Assembly (NCBI GenBank): GCA_963667015.2
Contig: CAXXJJ010000004.1
Coordinates: 352,001-416,000 of the forward strand
Direction: 5' to 3'
Source: Desulfatiglandales bacterium
GTDB lineage: Bacteria > Desulfobacterota > DSM-4660 > Desulfatiglandales > HGW-15
DNA length: 64,000 nt
Made by a program: the position numbers and the translations under genes. The notes beneath the pieces were generated by a model. That model was not told the origin of the DNA, made no database searches, and saw only the letters and a list, made by a program, of their open reading frames with translations. Position 1 is the first letter of the stretch, and every line of letters begins with the position of its first letter. Shown here piece after piece: positions 12,709-23,157 of this stretch.

Positions 12709-13441
12709 AAAAACCGGGCGCAGGGCTCAAGGCACAGGGCAAAAACTTCAAGTTAAACAGTTTAGATACTCTTCTGATAATCTGGGATATCTGATCTGCT
12801 CCGATCAAAATGCCGTTGCTGTTGACGGCGGGGCTGTTGAGGATATCCTTTCCTTTTTAAAATCCAACAATATTTCACTTAAGTACGTGATCAATACCCA
12901 CAGTCACGGTGACCATACCATTGGCAATCAGCAGCTTCTTAAAAACACTGACGCAGAGTTTATTGATTATCAGACCTTGAAAGACAATGGTCTTAAACTG
13001 GATAATGTCCCAGTAGATATCTTTGAAACCCCAGGTCATACCTCTGATTCTCTTGTATTAAAGATTGGTCTAAACCTTCTAACCGGTGATACGCTTTTTA
13101 TAGGTAAAGTCGGCAGATGTTTTACAAGGGATTTAAATGGTTTTCTTGATTCCATTAAGCTTATTATGGAATTCCCGGATAACTGTATAATATATCCCGG
13201 CCATGATTACGTACTCGAATATATGGATTTTGTCAGAAAACTTGACCCGGATAACCGCAACATTGAAAAAGTTGAAGCTAATTATAATCCAGTTTGTATT
13301 CAATCTGTCCTGGGGGTTGAAAAGAAAATAAACCCATTCCTGAGAATAAATGACAGGAGGATCATATCCATGCTTGAAAAACGAGGCCTGCCTGTGAAAA
13401 CCGAATACGACAGATGGAAATCAATGTTTACCATGATGTGA
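12659..13441 (+). CDS. Metallo-beta-lactamase fold hydrolase, hydroxyacylglutathione hydrolase-like (true start uncertain; in-frame TTG at 12695)
   Basis: [24 protein letters not shown] and EKKINPFLR (glyoxalase II C-terminal motif). Confidence 0.85.
   Translation: MFMIYLQNRPALLSGNKKTGRRAQGTGQKLQVKQFRYSSDNLGYLICSDQNAVAVDGGAVEDILSFLKSNNISLKYVINTHSHGDHTIGNQQLLKNTDAEFIDYQTLKDNGLKLDNVPVDIFETPGHTSDSLVLKIGLNLLTGDTLFIGKVGRCFTRDLNGFLDSIKLIMEFPDNCIIYPGHDYVLEYMDFVRKLDPDNRNIEKVEANYNPVCIQSVLGVEKKINPFLRINDRRIISMLEKRGLPVKTEYDRWKSMFTMM
12716..12743 (+). repeat. Degenerate heptamer tandem repeat
   Basis: gggcgca gggctca aggcaca gggcaaa. Confidence 0.6.
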
Positions 13442-13490
13442 AAATTTTAAATGGTTTGAGGTGTACGTTTTAGGATATAAGGCAAGGATT

Positions 13491-14054
13491 TTATTCGCTG
13501 TATACCGGTAAATTATCCTCAGGTATATCTTTTAACACCTTATATCTGCCGTCCTTTTCCGATAATACGGGGTCTGTTACAGGCCATTTAATCCCTATTT
13601 CCGGATCATTCCATATTACTCCATACTCATCATCCGGTGCGTAAAAGTCAGTGCATTTATAAATTACATCCGCCTCTTCACTTGTTACACAAAAGCCGTG
13701 TGCAAATCCGGGAGGCACATAAAATTGTCTTTTATTCTCGCTTGATAAAATAACGCTTATACATTTGCCGAAGCTGGGAGAACCTTTTCTTATATCAAGC
13801 ACCACATCAAATATTTCGCCCCTGAGTACATATAGAAGTTTTCCCTGGGAATGTTTCAGCTGATAATGAAGGCCGCGCAACGTGCCCTTAATTGAATGGG
13901 AATGATTATCCTGTACAAACCTTTTTTCAAGTCCGTTTTCCGAATATTTATTATTATGGTATGTTTCGAGAAAAAAACCCCTGCTGTCATTAAACACGGC
14001 AGGCTCTATTATTGTGACACCGGGAATATCCGTTTTGATAAATGACAGGGGCAT
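13491..14054 (-). CDS. rfbC: dTDP-4-dehydrorhamnose 3,5-epimerase
   Basis: DSRGFFLE, QDNHS, LRGLHYQ, PPGFAHGF. Confidence 0.97.
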   Translation of the reverse strand: MPLSFIKTDIPGVTIIEPAVFNDSRGFFLETYHNNKYSENGLEKRFVQDNHSHSIKGTLRGLHYQLKHSQGKLLYVLRGEIFDVVLDIRKGSPSFGKCISVILSSENKRQFYVPPGFAHGFCVTSEEADVIYKCTDFYAPDDEYGVIWNDPEIGIKWPVTDPVLSEKDGRYKVLKDIPEDNLPVYSE

Positions 14055-14929
14055 TAGTTTTTCCCTTCGTTGGCAATTGCCATAAGATAGGTACCATACT
14101 CATTATTTTTATTTTCTTTGGCAAGTTCCATTAACTGATCACTTTTTATATAACCGAGCTGAAATGCAATTTCCTCAATACATGAAATCTTGATACCCTG
14201 CCTCTCCTGTATGGTCTCAACATAATTTGATGCCTGCTGAAGAGCTTCATGGGTGCCTGTATCAAGCCATGCGAAACCCCGGCCCAGGAGTTCCACCTTT
14301 AACTCTCCGCGTCTTAAATACTCCAGGTTGACATCTGTTATTTCGTACTCCCCCCTGGCTGACGGTTTAAGATTTTCAGCTATTTTAATTACACTGTTGT
14401 CATACATATACAAGCCAGGTACTGCAAATTTTGATTTTGGTTTTTCAGGTTTTTCTTCTATACCGATGACTTTGTTATCTTTGTCAAATTCTACGACACC
14501 GTATCTTTCAGGATCTTTAACAAGGTATCCGAAGATCAGACCGCCTTTTTCAAGTTTGACGGCATTATGCAGAATAGTATCAAGGCTGTGGCCGTAAAAG
14601 ATGTTGTCACCCAGGATCAGGCAGACATTGTCATTACCTATAAACGATTTACCTATTATAAATGCCTGTGCAAGACCATTTGGACTGGGTTGTTCAGCAT
14701 ATGTAAATGCCAACCCCAGTTTGGAGCCGTCTCCAAGAAGTTTTTTAAAATTAGGAAGGTCATCCGGTGTGCTTATGATCAATATTTCCCTGATCCCTGC
14801 ATTCATTAATACACTTAATGGATAATAGATCATGGGTTTATCATATAGGGGTAATAACTGTTTGCTCACCACTCTTGTAAGAGGATACAGCCTTGTCCCT
14901 GAACCGCCTGCCAGAATTATTCCCTTCAA
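14054..14929 (-). CDS. rfbA: Glucose-1-phosphate thymidylyltransferase
   Basis: [45 protein letters not shown] start with GGAG RBS. Confidence 0.98.
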   Translation of the reverse strand: MKGIILAGGSGTRLYPLTRVVSKQLLPLYDKPMIYYPLSVLMNAGIREILIISTPDDLPNFKKLLGDGSKLGLAFTYAEQPSPNGLAQAFIIGKSFIGNDNVCLILGDNIFYGHSLDTILHNAVKLEKGGLIFGYLVKDPERYGVVEFDKDNKVIGIEEKPEKPKSKFAVPGLYMYDNSVIKIAENLKPSARGEYEITDVNLEYLRRGELKVELLGRGFAWLDTGTHEALQQASNYVETIQERQGIKISCIEEIAFQLGYIKSDQLMELAKENKNNEYGTYLMAIANEGKN

Positions 14930-14944
14930 AATTTATCTCCTTTG

Positions 14945-16000
14945 TTAGGGCTTAGCATAATGTTTGTTTATCCAGGACTGGTACTCTCCGCTTCTAACAT
15001 GGTTGATCCAGTTGCTGTTTTTAAGGTACCATTTTATTGTCTTTTCAAGACCTGTCTCAAATGATTCCTCCGGTCGCCATCCAAGATTATTCTGTATTTT
15101 AGTTGAGTCAATGGCATAGCGCTTGTCATGACCCGGTCTGTCTGTAACAAATTTTATCAGCTCTCTTCTGGTCTTATGTTTTTTCGGTTTTTCAACATGG
15201 TCAATATAGTCGCATAAAAGTTCAACAATACGGATATTCTCCATTTCATTATTTCCGCCTATATTGTATGTCTCTCCCTTTTTCCCTTTCTCCATAATCA
15301 GTTTTATTGCGCTGCAGTGATCTTTTACATAGAGCCAGTCTCTTACATTTTTACCGTCACCATAAACCGGAAGGGGAGTTTCTGATAGTGCATTGAGTAT
15401 CATCAACGGTATAAGTTTTTCGGGAAACTGGTAGGGACCATAATTATTGCTGCAGTTTGAAATGGTTACCGGTATGCCATATGTCTTAAAATAGGCCCTA
15501 ACAAGATGGTCAGAGGAGGCTTTTGAAGCGGAATAGGGGCTGTTAGGTTTATAGGACGTCTCTTCAGTAAACAGGCCTTCAGTGCCGAGACTTCCAAAGA
15601 CCTCATCCGTGCTGATGTGATGAAACAGATTTAAGCCTTCTTTGTATTTTCTCGCACATTCAAGAAGGTTGAAAGTACCGACAATGTTTGTCCTAATAAA
15701 ATCGGATGGTCCGGAAATAGACCTGTCAACATGAGATTCAGCCGCAAAATGGCAGACCGCATCTATGGAGTAGTCCTTGAAGACAGAATCCATTGCATTC
15801 ATGTCACAAATATCGGCCTTTATAAATACATACCGGCTCTGATACTCTTTTTCAAGGTCTGCCAGGTTTTCCGGATTACCTGCATATGTGAGTTTATCAA
15901 CATTTATAATCCGGCCTTTAAAGTCGCAGCTCCGAAGAAGATACCGTATAAAATTACTTCCAATAAAACCGCTTCCACCTGTTACAAGCAGGTTATCCAT
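14945..16000 (-). CDS. rfbB: dTDP-glucose 4,6-dehydratase
   Basis: VTGGSGFIGSNF, HFAAESHVDRSI, STDEVFG, YSASK, DRPGHDKRYAID. Confidence 0.98.
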   Translation of the reverse strand: MDNLLVTGGSGFIGSNFIRYLLRSCDFKGRIINVDKLTYAGNPENLADLEKEYQSRYVFIKADICDMNAMDSVFKDYSIDAVCHFAAESHVDRSISGPSDFIRTNIVGTFNLLECARKYKEGLNLFHHISTDEVFGSLGTEGLFTEETSYKPNSPYSASKASSDHLVRAYFKTYGIPVTISNCSNNYGPYQFPEKLIPLMILNALSETPLPVYGDGKNVRDWLYVKDHCSAIKLIMEKGKKGETYNIGGNNEMENIRIVELLCDYIDHVEKPKKHKTRRELIKFVTDRPGHDKRYAIDSTKIQNNLGWRPEESFETGLEKTIKWYLKNSNWINHVRSGEYQSWINKHYAKP

Positions 16001-16002
16001 GG

Positions 16003-17670
16003 TTAATCTTCCTTGAATATAGCTCCGGTATTTGCCGAGGTTACCTGTTTTGCATATCTATAAAGGTAACCCGTTTTAACCTTGTAATCCGGTCTTGTCC
16101 ATTCTGCTGATCGTTTTTCTATTTCCTCATCACTCAATTTGACATTAAGTGACCTTTCAGGGATATTTATTTCAATTATATCGCCTTCTTTAAGTATGCC
16201 TATTGGGCCGCCTTCCTGCGCTTCCGGTGATACATGGCCTATGGCAGCTCCTTTTGTTCCTCCTGAAAATCTACCATCAGTAATAAGTGCTACATCCTTG
16301 TCAAGACCAACCCCGGCCAGGGCCGATGTAGGTGAAAGCATCTCTCTCATACCAGGTCCGCCCTTTGGACCCTCATATCTGATCACTATAACATCACCCT
16401 TGTTTATCTTTAGGTCCATAATTGCCTCCATTGCCTCTTCTTCACTTTCAAAGATTCGGGCAGGACCGGAGTGTATGAGCATGGAATCTGCAACTGCTGA
16501 TTTTTTAACAACTGCACCAAGCGGAGCAAGGTTGCCAAAAAGTATTGCAAGACCTCCATCAGGAGAGTAGGGGGCATCGATTTTTTTAATAACAGTGTCA
16601 TCAAGAGATTCTGCGGTTCCGACTATCTCTTTTATCGTGGCCCCGGCTACGGTCATAACGTCAGTATGTAGCAGATCCTTTTTCATTAATTCACCCATAA
16701 CAGCAGGTATACCTCCAGCTTCATGAAGGTCTTCCATGTGAGATGAACCTGCTGGTGATATCTTACATAGGTTCGGTGTTTCTGCACTGATTTTATTAAA
16801 GAGGTCAAGGTCAAGTTTCAGTCCTGCCTCATGTGCAATGGCCGGAAGGTGAAGTACCGTGTTGGTTGAGCTTCCAAGGGCCATTTCAGCATGCATCGCG
16901 TTTTCAAATGCCTTCATTGTCGCAATGTCTCTTGGCTTAATGTCTTTCTCTACAAGGGCCATTATCCTTTTTCCGGTTTTCTTGGCAAGCCTCTGCCTTT
17001 CAGCCATGACTGCCGGAATTGTTCCATTTCCAGGGAGAGCTACTCCAAGTGCTTCACTCAGGCAGTTCATGGAATTAGCTGTAAACATTCCCGAACATGA
17101 TCCTGCTCCGGGACAGGCATTGTTTTCCATTTCCAGGAATTCCTCTTCTGTGATCAGGCCTGCTTTTTTGGCTCCTACACCTTCAAAAACACTGATAAGA
17201 TCAACTGCCTTCTTGTTCTTCATTTTACCGGCAAGCATTGCACCGCCGCTTAATAATATTGAAGGTATATTTAAACGCATCATGGCCATGAGCATGCCGG
17301 GTACTATCTTGTCGCAGTTGCATACAAAGACAAGACCGTCAAAGGGAAAGGCGGTAGCCATTATTTCCACGGAATCGGCAATCAGTTCTCTGGAAATAAG
17401 GGAATATTTCATACCCTCGTGGTTCATGGCAATTCCGTCACACACGCCTATGGTAGGAAATTCAAGGGGAGTACCGCCGTTCATGGCAATTCCCATTTTT
17501 ACCGAAGTTACAAGGCTGTCAAGGTGGATATGCCCGGGTATTACTTCATTGGCGGAATTTGCAATACCTATGATGGGTCTTGCCAGTTCATCATCTGTGA
17601 GTCCCATTGCCTTGCAGAGGGATCTGTGAGGTGCTCTTTCTATTCCTTTTTTCATTTTATCTGATCTCAT
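16003..17670 (-). CDS. ilvD: Dihydroxy-acid dehydratase
   Basis: [52 protein letters not shown]. Confidence 0.98.
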   Translation of the reverse strand: MRSDKMKKGIERAPHRSLCKAMGLTDDELARPIIGIANSANEVIPGHIHLDSLVTSVKMGIAMNGGTPLEFPTIGVCDGIAMNHEGMKYSLISRELIADSVEIMATAFPFDGLVFVCNCDKIVPGMLMAMMRLNIPSILLSGGAMLAGKMKNKKAVDLISVFEGVGAKKAGLITEEEFLEMENNACPGAGSCSGMFTANSMNCLSEALGVALPGNGTIPAVMAERQRLAKKTGKRIMALVEKDIKPRDIATMKAFENAMHAEMALGSSTNTVLHLPAIAHEAGLKLDLDLFNKISAETPNLCKISPAGSSHMEDLHEAGGIPAVMGELMKKDLLHTDVMTVAGATIKEIVGTAESLDDTVIKKIDAPYSPDGGLAILFGNLAPLGAVVKKSAVADSMLIHSGPARIFESEEEAMEAIMDLKINKGDVIVIRYEGPKGGPGMREMLSPTSALAGVGLDKDVALITDGRFSGGTKGAAIGHVSPEAQEGGPIGILKEGDIIEINIPERSLNVKLSDEEIEKRSAEWTRPDYKVKTGYLYRYAKQVTSANTGAIFKED

Positions 17671-17712
17671 GCGTTTCTCCTTATAATCTAGCGCTTAAAA
17701 CCGCTTTTTATT

Positions 17713-19353
17713 TTAAAAAAATTCTCCGCCCCTGGCAATGGGAAATCTCCTGCCATACCCGAAGGCCTTTGAGGTTACCTTAATACCGGGAGCTGCCTGT
17801 CTGCGTTTGTATTCATTTATTACTATACGTCTGAATATATCCTTTACGGTATCGGAATCATGTCCCGCTTCAACAAGCTGTTCATGGGAAAGGTTTTTTT
17901 CTATAATTCCTTCCACTATCTCATCTAGAATTTCATATGGCGGCAGAGAGTCCTGATCAGTCTGGTCAGGCCTGAGTTCTGCCGATGGCGGACGTTCTAT
18001 AATTTTTTGGGGAATAATCTCTTTTTCCCTGTTTATATATCTGGCCACCCTGTAGCAGAGTGTCTTGGGCAGGTCCGAAATTACCGCCAGCCCCCCGCTC
18101 ATATCACCGTAAAGGGTACAGTATCCCACTGCTGTTTCCGATTTATTACCCGTGGTTAATAAAAGGGAATTGAATTTATTGGTCATTGCCATAAGGATAT
18201 TACCGCGTATCCTTGCCTGTATATTTTCTTCTGTCTCATTTTCCTTTAAACCCTTAAAAACAGGTGACAGGGCAGTTTTGAAACTCTCAAAAAGATGTTC
18301 AATGGGTATCTCTTCAAAATGTATACCAAGATTTTCAGCCAACTCCCTTGCACAATCTTTACTCAATTGGGATGTGTAGGGTGAGGGCATACTGACTCCT
18401 GTTACATTATCAGGTCCAAGGGCCATCATTGCTATGTATGCCACAAGTGATGAATCAATCCCTCCGCTTAGGCCGACAAGCACTTTATTGAATTTACATT
18501 TTGTAACATAATCAAAGGTGCCGGTAACAAGGCAATTGATTATGGATTCTTCCTCATCAGGCAATGGATCAGATATGGGGGAATAATCTGTTTCCGTATT
18601 CCACTCTATGATGTCCGACTTAAATTCTCTTCCAAGCAGTATAAGTTGACCTTTATTATTAACAACCATGCTCGAACCATCAAATACAAGATCATCATTT
18701 CCTCCGACCTGGTCGCAGTAAATAACAGGTATGTTATATTTGAGGGCAATCTTTTCCAGTACCTTCAGGCGTAGTGCCGGCTTATTTATTGTGTATGGCG
18801 ACGCCGAGATATTGATCAGAATATCAATACCTTTTTTACACAGCTCTGCAACCGGATCCCTGTCGTATTTTGGAAGATTTTCAATATCCCCGACATTCCA
18901 TATGTCTTCACATATTGTTACACCTATCCTGATTTCTTCAAGTTCAAACAGAAGGCTGCTTTCCGCGGGTTCAAAGTAACGCGTTTCATCAAAGACATCA
19001 TAGGTCGGCAGAAGTTTTTTCCCGCCAGTGCATGATATTTTCCCATTACTTATTAATGCAGCCCCGTTTATAAGGTCCTTGCCTTTTCCTGTTTTATTCC
19101 TGTCCACAAATCCGCAGACGATATTAGTATCACCTGCTTTTTCTGATAATTTTTCAAGATATTCAATGTTTCTTGTAATAAAGGCAGGCTTTTCAAGAAG
19201 GTCTTTAGGGGGATATCCCATAAGAGATAACTCCGGAAAGATCGCAAGCGAACATCCGGAGTCTGCTGATTTTTGAACAGCATCCAGCATAAGTGAAAGA
19301 TTATATTCAAAATCACCAATAACCGGATTAATCTGGTTGATAGAGATTTTCAT
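17713..19353 (-). CDS. nadE: Glutamine-dependent NAD+ synthetase
   Basis: Nitrilase domain (FPEL, K..LPTYDVFDE, ICEDIW) plus synthetase domain (GLSGGIDS, ENIQARIRG, GNKSE, PSAEL, EYKRRQ). Confidence 0.97.
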   Translation of the reverse strand: MKISINQINPVIGDFEYNLSLMLDAVQKSADSGCSLAIFPELSLMGYPPKDLLEKPAFITRNIEYLEKLSEKAGDTNIVCGFVDRNKTGKGKDLINGAALISNGKISCTGGKKLLPTYDVFDETRYFEPAESSLLFELEEIRIGVTICEDIWNVGDIENLPKYDRDPVAELCKKGIDILINISASPYTINKPALRLKVLEKIALKYNIPVIYCDQVGGNDDLVFDGSSMVVNNKGQLILLGREFKSDIIEWNTETDYSPISDPLPDEEESIINCLVTGTFDYVTKCKFNKVLVGLSGGIDSSLVAYIAMMALGPDNVTGVSMPSPYTSQLSKDCARELAENLGIHFEEIPIEHLFESFKTALSPVFKGLKENETEENIQARIRGNILMAMTNKFNSLLLTTGNKSETAVGYCTLYGDMSGGLAVISDLPKTLCYRVARYINREKEIIPQKIIERPPSAELRPDQTDQDSLPPYEILDEIVEGIIEKNLSHEQLVEAGHDSDTVKDIFRRIVINEYKRRQAAPGIKVTSKAFGYGRRFPIARGGEFF

Positions 19354-19426
19354 ATTAATACTAACTTTAATGTTAATGATATGGATAGAAGCTTATTAGT
19401 GCCTCTATAAAATTTCTAAACAGATA

Positions 19427-20617
19427 CTATCGGGTTCCTTCACCTGCTTTTTCAATTGCTTTTAGAAGTCCGGGCATCTTCTCTTCCATATTCAGTGTAA
19501 TCTGGATGGTGAGTGCCCTGGACATTATTGCCGATGATTTAGGAAGCGCCGCTTTATCATAGCTGCATCTTGTTTCACCTTTGGGTGTCTTAAAGGGATG
19601 TCCGCTTTTTATAAGGCTCTTACCTTCAAGAAGATGTTCCCATCTTTCATAATAATGCCAGTCATTATCATACCAGTAAACAGCACCATAACCTTCTTCA
19701 GCCATAATCCTGTTAAATTCTCTTGCCTTTTTTTCATCAGGAAGCAGGAAGATCATAAAGGTGGCCGTGTCACCGGATGGGTCTGGTATATTCCGGAAGG
19801 TTATCTGGCTGAACTTTGACAGAGCATCTTTGATTCGGGCCTTATATCCTCTTTGTATTTCAAGAATCTTATCCAGTTTGTTAAGCTGGGCCAGACCGAT
19901 GGCACCCTGCAGTTCCATCATTCTGTAATTGAAACCGATAAAACTCCTTTTTTCAAGTCCTCTTCCGACATTTGGATTATGATCGTGCCCATGATCATGG
20001 TACTCGGAAGCCCTTGTATGAAGGTCCTTGTCATTTGTCAGCAGCATCCCGCCTTCGCCTGTTGTAATGGTCTTAACCGCATCAAATGAGAATGTCCCCA
20101 CCTTCCCGAATGTCCCTAGTGCCTTGCCATTACACATGCCTCCGCATGACTGCGCGGTATCTTCAAGAACCGGTATCCCGCGTTTGTCGGCAATTTCCAC
20201 TATCTTTTCAATATTGGCAGGCGCTCCACACATGTGAACCGGAATGATGGCTTTTGTCCTTGGGGTTATCTTATTTTCCAGATCATCCGGATCAAGGCAG
20301 AGCGTATCATCTATTTCAGCAAAAACAGGTGTTGCCCCTGCGTCAAAAATTGCTTCCCATGTTGCAATAAAGGTAAATCCCTGTGTGATTACCTCATCAC
20401 CGGGGCCTACGCCAAGGGCGGCCAGGGCAACCTTCAGAGCTGCAGTCCCGGATGATACGGCCAGGGCATAACCTGCGCCATTATATTCGGCAAATTTCTT
20501 TTCAAATTCCAGAACCTTGCTGTTGTCTTTATGTTCGTATCTGAGCAGTATTTTTTTAGACAGGGCCTCTTTTACGCCATCCAGCTCTTCCTGCCCTATA
20601 ATTTCATATCCAGGCAT
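19427..20617 (-). CDS. DegT/DnrJ/EryC1/StrS aminotransferase, KdnA-like
   Basis: SSGTAAL, EDTAQ, SFDAVKTITTGEGG (PLP lysine). The MPG(F/Y)E start, HDHGHDH and YWYxNxWHY motifs resemble KdnA as I recall it. Confidence 0.85.
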   Translation of the reverse strand: MPGYEIIGQEELDGVKEALSKKILLRYEHKDNSKVLEFEKKFAEYNGAGYALAVSSGTAALKVALAALGVGPGDEVITQGFTFIATWEAIFDAGATPVFAEIDDTLCLDPDDLENKITPRTKAIIPVHMCGAPANIEKIVEIADKRGIPVLEDTAQSCGGMCNGKALGTFGKVGTFSFDAVKTITTGEGGMLLTNDKDLHTRASEYHDHGHDHNPNVGRGLEKRSFIGFNYRMMELQGAIGLAQLNKLDKILEIQRGYKARIKDALSKFSQITFRNIPDPSGDTATFMIFLLPDEKKAREFNRIMAEEGYGAVYWYDNDWHYYERWEHLLEGKSLIKSGHPFKTPKGETRCSYDKAALPKSSAIMSRALTIQITLNMEEKMPGLLKAIEKAGEGTR

Positions 20618-20640
20618 ATATTTTCCTCTCTTCTATAAAA

Positions 20641-20718
20641 AATTCGAAGTGACTAAAGTGCGGAGTTCGAAGTAGGCATCATTTATAACTCCGTACTTCG
20701 AACTTCCCAATTCGCACT
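20641..20718. repeat. Intergenic hairpin built from heptamer-like repeats
   Basis: agttcgaagt pairs perfectly with acttcgaact, and agtgcggagt pairs with actccgtact. Units of the agttcga/agtgcgg type recur on both arms. Confidence 0.65.
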
Positions 20719-20723
20719 GCTTT

Positions 20724-21887
20724 TTAACCTTCAAATGCATTCCGATAAATCTCCATTGCGGCATCGACTGTCATGGGTCTTGGGTTATTAGCAATAGGAA
20801 CTGCGACTTCCATGGCTCCCTTTGCCATTTCAGGGATGGCGTCTTCAGGGATGCCAAGTTCAGTTAGTGTCATTGGAACCCCAATATCTTCTGCCAGTTC
20901 AAACACGGCTTCTGATACAAGCGAGGCATTTTCCCTGCTTGAGAGGCCTTCCATATCCTGGTCCATATATGTTGCCAGATTGCGGAACTTATCAATATTG
21001 CCAGGGTAATTATATTCGAGAACATAGGGCAGGAGAAGCCCGTTACCGATACCGTGGGGAATATCGTATATTGCACCCATGGGGTAAGCGAGGGCATGTA
21101 CTGCTCCAACACCGGCCATGGCAAGCCCCAGGCCAGCGAGATAACTTCCCATCATCATGTTTTCACGATATTTTATATTTTTGCCGTCAAATACTGCACC
21201 ACGGAGGTTTTCCATTATAAGCTCAACTGCCCTCAGAGAAACAATCTCGCTCATGAAATGGGCCTTAAGGGATGTATAGGACTCGATAGCATGTGTAAGA
21301 GCATCCATTCCTGTATAGGCCGTTATCATAGGAGGAAGATCAAGTGTAAGTTCCGGGTCAAGTATAGCAGTATGGGGGTAAATAAGTGAACTGTTTATCC
21401 CGCCTTTTTTCTTGGTATCCCTCTGGGTAAAAACTGCGGTCAGGGTGGTTTCACTTCCAGTTCCTGCCGTAGTAGGGACCATAATTGTCGGGATGCCCTG
21501 TTTTTTAACCTTATCAAGACCGATATATTCGACTGCTTTACCTTCATTTTTTACCAGCATCCCTATTGCCTTGGCAATGTCCATGGTACTTCCGCCGCCC
21601 ACGCCTATCACGCAATGCACCTTCTCTTTGAGTGCGAGTTCTGCCCCAAGATCTGCAGTTTTAGGATCAGGTTCAGGTGTAACATCCGAGAAAATAAAAG
21701 TTTTAATCCGGGCAGATTTTAAATATGCCTTAACCCGTTCAGCTATTGTTGATTCGGATAGAGCCTGATCGATTACAAGAAGGGCCTTTGATGCCCCCAG
21801 CTTTTTACACTCGGTTCCTAACTGTGCGATGGCCCCTGAACCGAATACAGTTTTCTTAACACCCTCTATGGTTTTAATATTATTCAT
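20724..21887 (-). CDS. Iron-containing alcohol dehydrogenase family (possible KdnB-like oxidase)
   Basis: GGGSTMDIAK, PTTAGTGSE, metal ligands D..TH (MDALTHAIE), VHALAY and PHG. Confidence 0.92.
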   Translation of the reverse strand: MNNIKTIEGVKKTVFGSGAIAQLGTECKKLGASKALLVIDQALSESTIAERVKAYLKSARIKTFIFSDVTPEPDPKTADLGAELALKEKVHCVIGVGGGSTMDIAKAIGMLVKNEGKAVEYIGLDKVKKQGIPTIMVPTTAGTGSETTLTAVFTQRDTKKKGGINSSLIYPHTAILDPELTLDLPPMITAYTGMDALTHAIESYTSLKAHFMSEIVSLRAVELIMENLRGAVFDGKNIKYRENMMMGSYLAGLGLAMAGVGAVHALAYPMGAIYDIPHGIGNGLLLPYVLEYNYPGNIDKFRNLATYMDQDMEGLSSRENASLVSEAVFELAEDIGVPMTLTELGIPEDAIPEMAKGAMEVAVPIANNPRPMTVDAAMEIYRNAFEG

Positions 21888-22132
21888 ATATTACTCCTTT
21901 GATAAGTTTTTATCAGGATTGACTCGAAATTGATAGAAACGTATACCTCTGATATTTTCTTCCAATAATTAAACAAAATTGATTACATCAATCAAGGGAA
22001 TATATCAAGTTATTAAATCCTTGAAACTCAGGTATTGAGACACGCTGTCTCATCCATCTCTACACCCAGGTATAGAGCTTACCAAAGAATAATTATTCCA
22101 TTGCTCATATTCTGGCATAGATATCGCATCTA

Positions 22133-22159
22133 TAACGTAAAGAGAATACTATCCGAATG
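22133..22159 (+). promoter_or_regulatory. Possible weak sigma28 promoter for the Hpt gene
   Basis: TAAC-N15-TCCGAATG; spacing is correct but the -10 element diverges. Confidence 0.35.
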
Positions 22160-22207
22160 ATCCGGCAGGTGAAACGGTCAGTAAAAATATATTCTCTGGA
22201 GGATACA

Positions 22208-22525
22208 ATGGATTTTAAGATATCTGCACAGAAGCTAGGTTTGGAAGTAGACGAATATATCGAAATTATAGAACTATTTCTTGAAACAGGTATTAATGAT
22301 CTGAAAAGGCTTGAACATGCTGTAGCAAACAATGATGCGCAGATGGCAGCTGAACATTCTCATTCATTAAAGGGCGCCTCCGGAAATCTGGGGCTTACTG
22401 ATATTTATGAAAAGGCGAGAGATATAGAAGACAGGTCCAGGGAAAACAACCTTGATGGAGTTGCAGATGAAATTCAGGAAATTAATCAGGATTTTAAAAA
22501 TATACTGGCAGCATTAAAAAAATAA
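22208..22525 (+). CDS. Stand-alone Hpt phosphotransfer protein
   Basis: HSLKGASGNLG motif in a four-helix protein. Start moved to ATG 22208, which follows GGAGG. Confidence 0.9.
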   Translation: MDFKISAQKLGLEVDEYIEIIELFLETGINDLKRLEHAVANNDAQMAAEHSHSLKGASGNLGLTDIYEKARDIEDRSRENNLDGVADEIQEINQDFKNILAALKK

Positions 22526-22550
22526 GGATCTTAAAAAATACATATTTAAT

Positions 22551-22585
22551 GTCAAAAAAGCGTCACATTCAGTCAATTGAATGAC
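22551..22585. promoter_or_regulatory. Tandem candidate enhancer-binding-protein (FleQ/FlrA-like) boxes
   Basis: GTCAAAAAAGCGTC (22551) and GTCAATTGAATGAC (22572, GTCA-N6-TGAC), 75-110 nt upstream of a sigma54 motif. Confidence 0.55.
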
Positions 22586-22658
22586 TGATTATTAATCTAA
22601 AACATTTTAAAATCCTTAGAAAAATTGAAATTATGATAGAAATTTTATCGACACAATA

Positions 22659-22674
22659 TGGCACGAATATCGCA
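22659..22674 (+). promoter_or_regulatory. sigma54 promoter for the STAS-cheA operon
   Basis: TGGCACGAATATCGCA (GG-N10-GC with canonical TGGCACG). Confidence 0.8.
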
Positions 22675-22755
22675 TTAAAAAAGGACCGAAGTATTTTCTG
22701 AGTGAAGGAATAGTTTAATTTAATCCTTTATTGCTTCTAGAAACTGGAGGAACCA

Positions 22756-23061
22756 ATGGCTGGAACCCAAAAAAAACAAACAAAGAAAACTGTCAAACCC
22801 GGAAAAGAAATAGTTGCATCTATGGTGGAGGATTTCAGGGATAAATTGATTAAAATTATCAATCAGGATATCAAAGAATTAACAATTGATATGAAAAATG
22901 TAGGGAACATTGACTCTACCGGGATGGGAGTACTCATTGCTGCAAAAAACTCCATTGAACAGGCTGGTGGTCAGCTAAATCTTACAAATATACCGGAAAA
23001 TATCGGAAGTCTTATACAGATATTAGGGCTCGACGGATACTTTAGTCTAGGCGCAGCCTAA
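22756..23061 (+). CDS. STAS domain protein (anti-sigma-factor antagonist type)
   Basis: IDMKNVGNIDSTGMGVLI with the conserved phosphorylatable serine. Confidence 0.9.
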   Translation: MAGTQKKQTKKTVKPGKEIVASMVEDFRDKLIKIINQDIKELTIDMKNVGNIDSTGMGVLIAAKNSIEQAGGQLNLTNIPENIGSLIQILGLDGYFSLGAA

Positions 23062-23157
23062 GATTATTATCAATAAGAAAAAAATATATATAAGTAATAG
23101 CAGTAAAAATGCATGAGCTGTTTAACATAGCGAAGCATAAATAGCATGGAGGACGGT

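Noticed and set aside
16859..17629. 256-aa ORF antisense to ilvD, and similar shadow ORFs opposite guaB, acrB, tolC, cheA and fliD
   Set aside because: These are antisense open frames produced by codon bias in conserved genes and have no domain signal.
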